From a virus (Duplodnaviria; Caudoviricetes): DNA of 54,983 bases. The DNA lies in the IMG/VR virus record IMGVR_UViG_3300043466_000937, positions 1 through 54,983 of that record; one strand, given 5' to 3'. The notes below the pieces were generated by a model, which saw only the letters and a list, made by a program, of their open reading frames with translations, searched no databases and was not told the DNA's origin. Both the position numbers and the translations under genes were made by a program. Shown one piece after another: positions 54,801 through 54,983 of this stretch; position 1 is the first letter of the stretch; every line of letters begins with the position of its first letter.

Positions 54801-54983
54801 TGATAATACAGTATACTCATCTCTTGTAAATAGAAATGACTTCAAAGAGTTCAATTATGTGATTCCTGAAAGATACTTGTCAGGTAATAACTATTTACAG
54901 AGTGGAAGTGCCCTTGGTGTGTTCCAATACAGAAACACAAACAATACACTATTCACTGGATACAGATCATATCAGATCAAGAT
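48826..54983 (+). CDS. large virion structural protein, DUF4815/VrlC-like (partial, >2050 aa, no stop in window)
   Basis: N-terminus FNVFPYYDDY...YYRILYKPGYAVQARELTQMQ; internal RFTMRDI...LEYYTSLNLLE...RFKSGIFVD.F; frame open at every point checked up to the window end. Confidence 0.88.
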   Translation, partial: MANTANGKLTTDFNVFPYYDDYNEDKKYYRILYKPGYAVQARELTQMQTMLQKQIDRFGKHVFREGSIVLPGKFNIETDVPYVKVRDVNDANATIDIADYKKLVVTSDNSGIEAFIEDVIDGTETSANAKTIFVSYRSSGTSNADIVTFQTGDTLTTNIGKLLVVNSVPPGANAVTGKGTRFVIEQGVLFAKEHFIYFPTSSIVLSPYSQNYSGTVGFTITEKIVSASQDSSLLDPALESSNYSAPGADRLQLDISLQSYGPDETIDNPDFIQLFSIRDGIVTEIYDRPLYNILRDEMAKQKYDESGDYYVHGLGVRLRENLNIANNGGLLSTGNNELLSVGVEPGIGYVKGYEVNKLVTEYVTLEKGLTHTTVSTQISSASMGSYVTLNEFIGSLDHDKGQQVALYDTANKRLTNKLYTGAPTGNSIGTARMMAYEYNSGTLGTPSGTVDFYLTDLRMNGTNAFANVRSIYAPTTGLGGDIVLNVNETETILRDSTTSALLYPVGSYAVKNLRDSSGNPRTTFNFKRTSAVSPITTSGTVTLTLGTTGIGETLPYGTDSDLSDSDKREIIFTLDNNSNIAGPGTVSISSGTNILNGTSTQFLKYNVGDKIEIQGIANTYYISTIVSDTSLTLTENVVSSGVTGNTYSKVYKAGDIIDLTTKGNTGLKRVVSTTSSQLSFDLKEIYPASMSGKVTYQVVRTNTAGVTKNLSQERYVKINCSTAGTVGPFNLGFADVYRIRKIVRKSGSYPTSLSDGTDVTSLFTFDNGQRDMYYEHGSIKPNFALSSSDRLLVQLDYFIPTSSPGFGYFSVESYPIDDDNSPAARTIRTENIPIYKSPTTGTTYDLRNYIDFRQVKTSTANDPGASTTMVIADATENPSVSSSFISDTNGFRLPVPSSQFNYDFSYYLPRRDVVVIDKNGVISVVKGVPASSPISPDIPANSMSLANLYVAPYPSLAPNYGQAIRRRDLSCNAIKTSNIRFTMRDINVLKERIVNLEYYTSLNLLEKAVSDLKIRDENGLERFKSGIFVDTFSDHNNGDISNLEYRIVVDPKELSIRPQYTMHSIDYDLVANTNVVKTGDLITLPYTHVTLIDQPRVTTFRNIELSTYRFIGNLYLYPDTDVWSDTDLMPDEVIFAGPNPSSVQQGTTTTWNAWQTTIVGQTYEKSTGGGSHGGTGNPNDPKIWGKPTAFTGDATKYLNSGGQIVSSLTTVSDRDFRITELSKSTRTGVETTTKLTEKSESISSKLIDVSLKPYIRARTIQVNGKGLKANTKYFVFFDGENMSNTGVTSYVRPLTQSEFNLEAANIENTVLRSYTNALGANLVSNANGEIWFNLTIPPGIFRMGSRELIVTDSPTNAVDASSYAKKEYVAAGLSETKQNTILTTRSVSVTTKPLTETKDQTKVYFVNNISCSGYSFIPKAPEGEEGVFLTKLDMWFAAKHPTLGVWVEVREMDNAGGVTRNQVPFSEVWLTPDEMNVASAADVKNGANSTTITFPAPVFLYNDTQYAFIIHTVALNPDTYFWVSRVGETDVRTNTKVNARPLTGTFYTTNNNLNWDMVPDIDLFIKFYRASFSTGVTGQVVLGNKPIERATLGNLSSAIVKNGERFIGNDRLTLTGNTTNRGDGNALVVGDRLIGQNSGANAAIISISGSVYALANNLYIQGERVSLANANGTFYANTSVVTLKRTGQAILSDYKVFDGVNRTEFVRSSGDFYVGDTIRGVSTGITATIDGIANQRYSTIDVEPSYIKFNKTTVGFEVRTTANNTAVLDSYISVNESQNYEFDNEKVILSRSYEKDSLGGSRSSNLRISMSTTTNYLSPVIDLAKTQSIVVDNIINANTKGESAVNKLTLSLTTAANGTINVSDRLVGQNSGANLIVESVDGSNYIMSANGFFNNELVIAYNSDMSSKNTGNTVSATVTNLFNVRSVDSGKLFNKYISQPIILAEGQDAEDIRVIITAYRPPPTDIKIWFKPRHSEDPDTLEVLPWIELEKSDNTVYSSLVNRNDFKEFNYVIPERYLSGNNYLQSGSALGVFQYRNTNNTLFTGYRSYQIK

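Noticed and set aside
48881-54854. Short ORFs listed in the track over the last 6 kb, suggesting a gene-poor or recoded region
   Set aside because: They lie within one long plus-strand frame from 48826 that the track omitted because it has no stop in the window; no evidence of stop-codon reassignment
1-54983. CRISPR array, canonical tRNA genes, IS elements, DGR repeats
   Set aside because: None seen on manual reading; intergenic gaps are short and accounted for. A tRNAscan-SE or repeat-finder run would be needed to exclude them formally

Overview
This window is a segment of a large T4-like myophage genome using the standard genetic code. The host is most likely an alphaproteobacterium, judged from the alpha-type two-piece tmRNA and its ANDNF...LAA tag. 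Left to right it contains: (1) primase gp61, a free-standing HNH, ThyX and a class II (B12-dependent) ribonucleotide reductase; (2) an early accessory region of small ORFs behind sigma70-type promoters, with an RNA-repair trio (HAD phosphatase, Rnl1 ligase, kinase), glutaredoxin, RNase H, SprT, a DenV-like protein and PhoH; (3) a late cassette of probable capsid-packaged proteins, including two ADP-ribosyltransferase paralogs; (4) a circularly permuted tmRNA gene whose excised intervening segment is filled almost exactly by an HNH endonuclease ORF and closed by an 11-bp stem, followed by a candidate double-pseudoknot RNA; (5) a MotA/TolQ/ExbB + ExbD/MotB-like + membrane protein + HtrA lipoprotein operon; (6) gp33, gp59 and gp32; (7) the tail/baseplate module (gp51, 26, 54, 2, 4, 48, 53, 27-like, split gp5, 25, 6, 7, 8) and a >2000-aa DUF4815/VrlC-like protein that runs off the right edge. 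All assignments come from motif recognition, hand base-pairing and T4 synteny. No database searches or folding programs were run.
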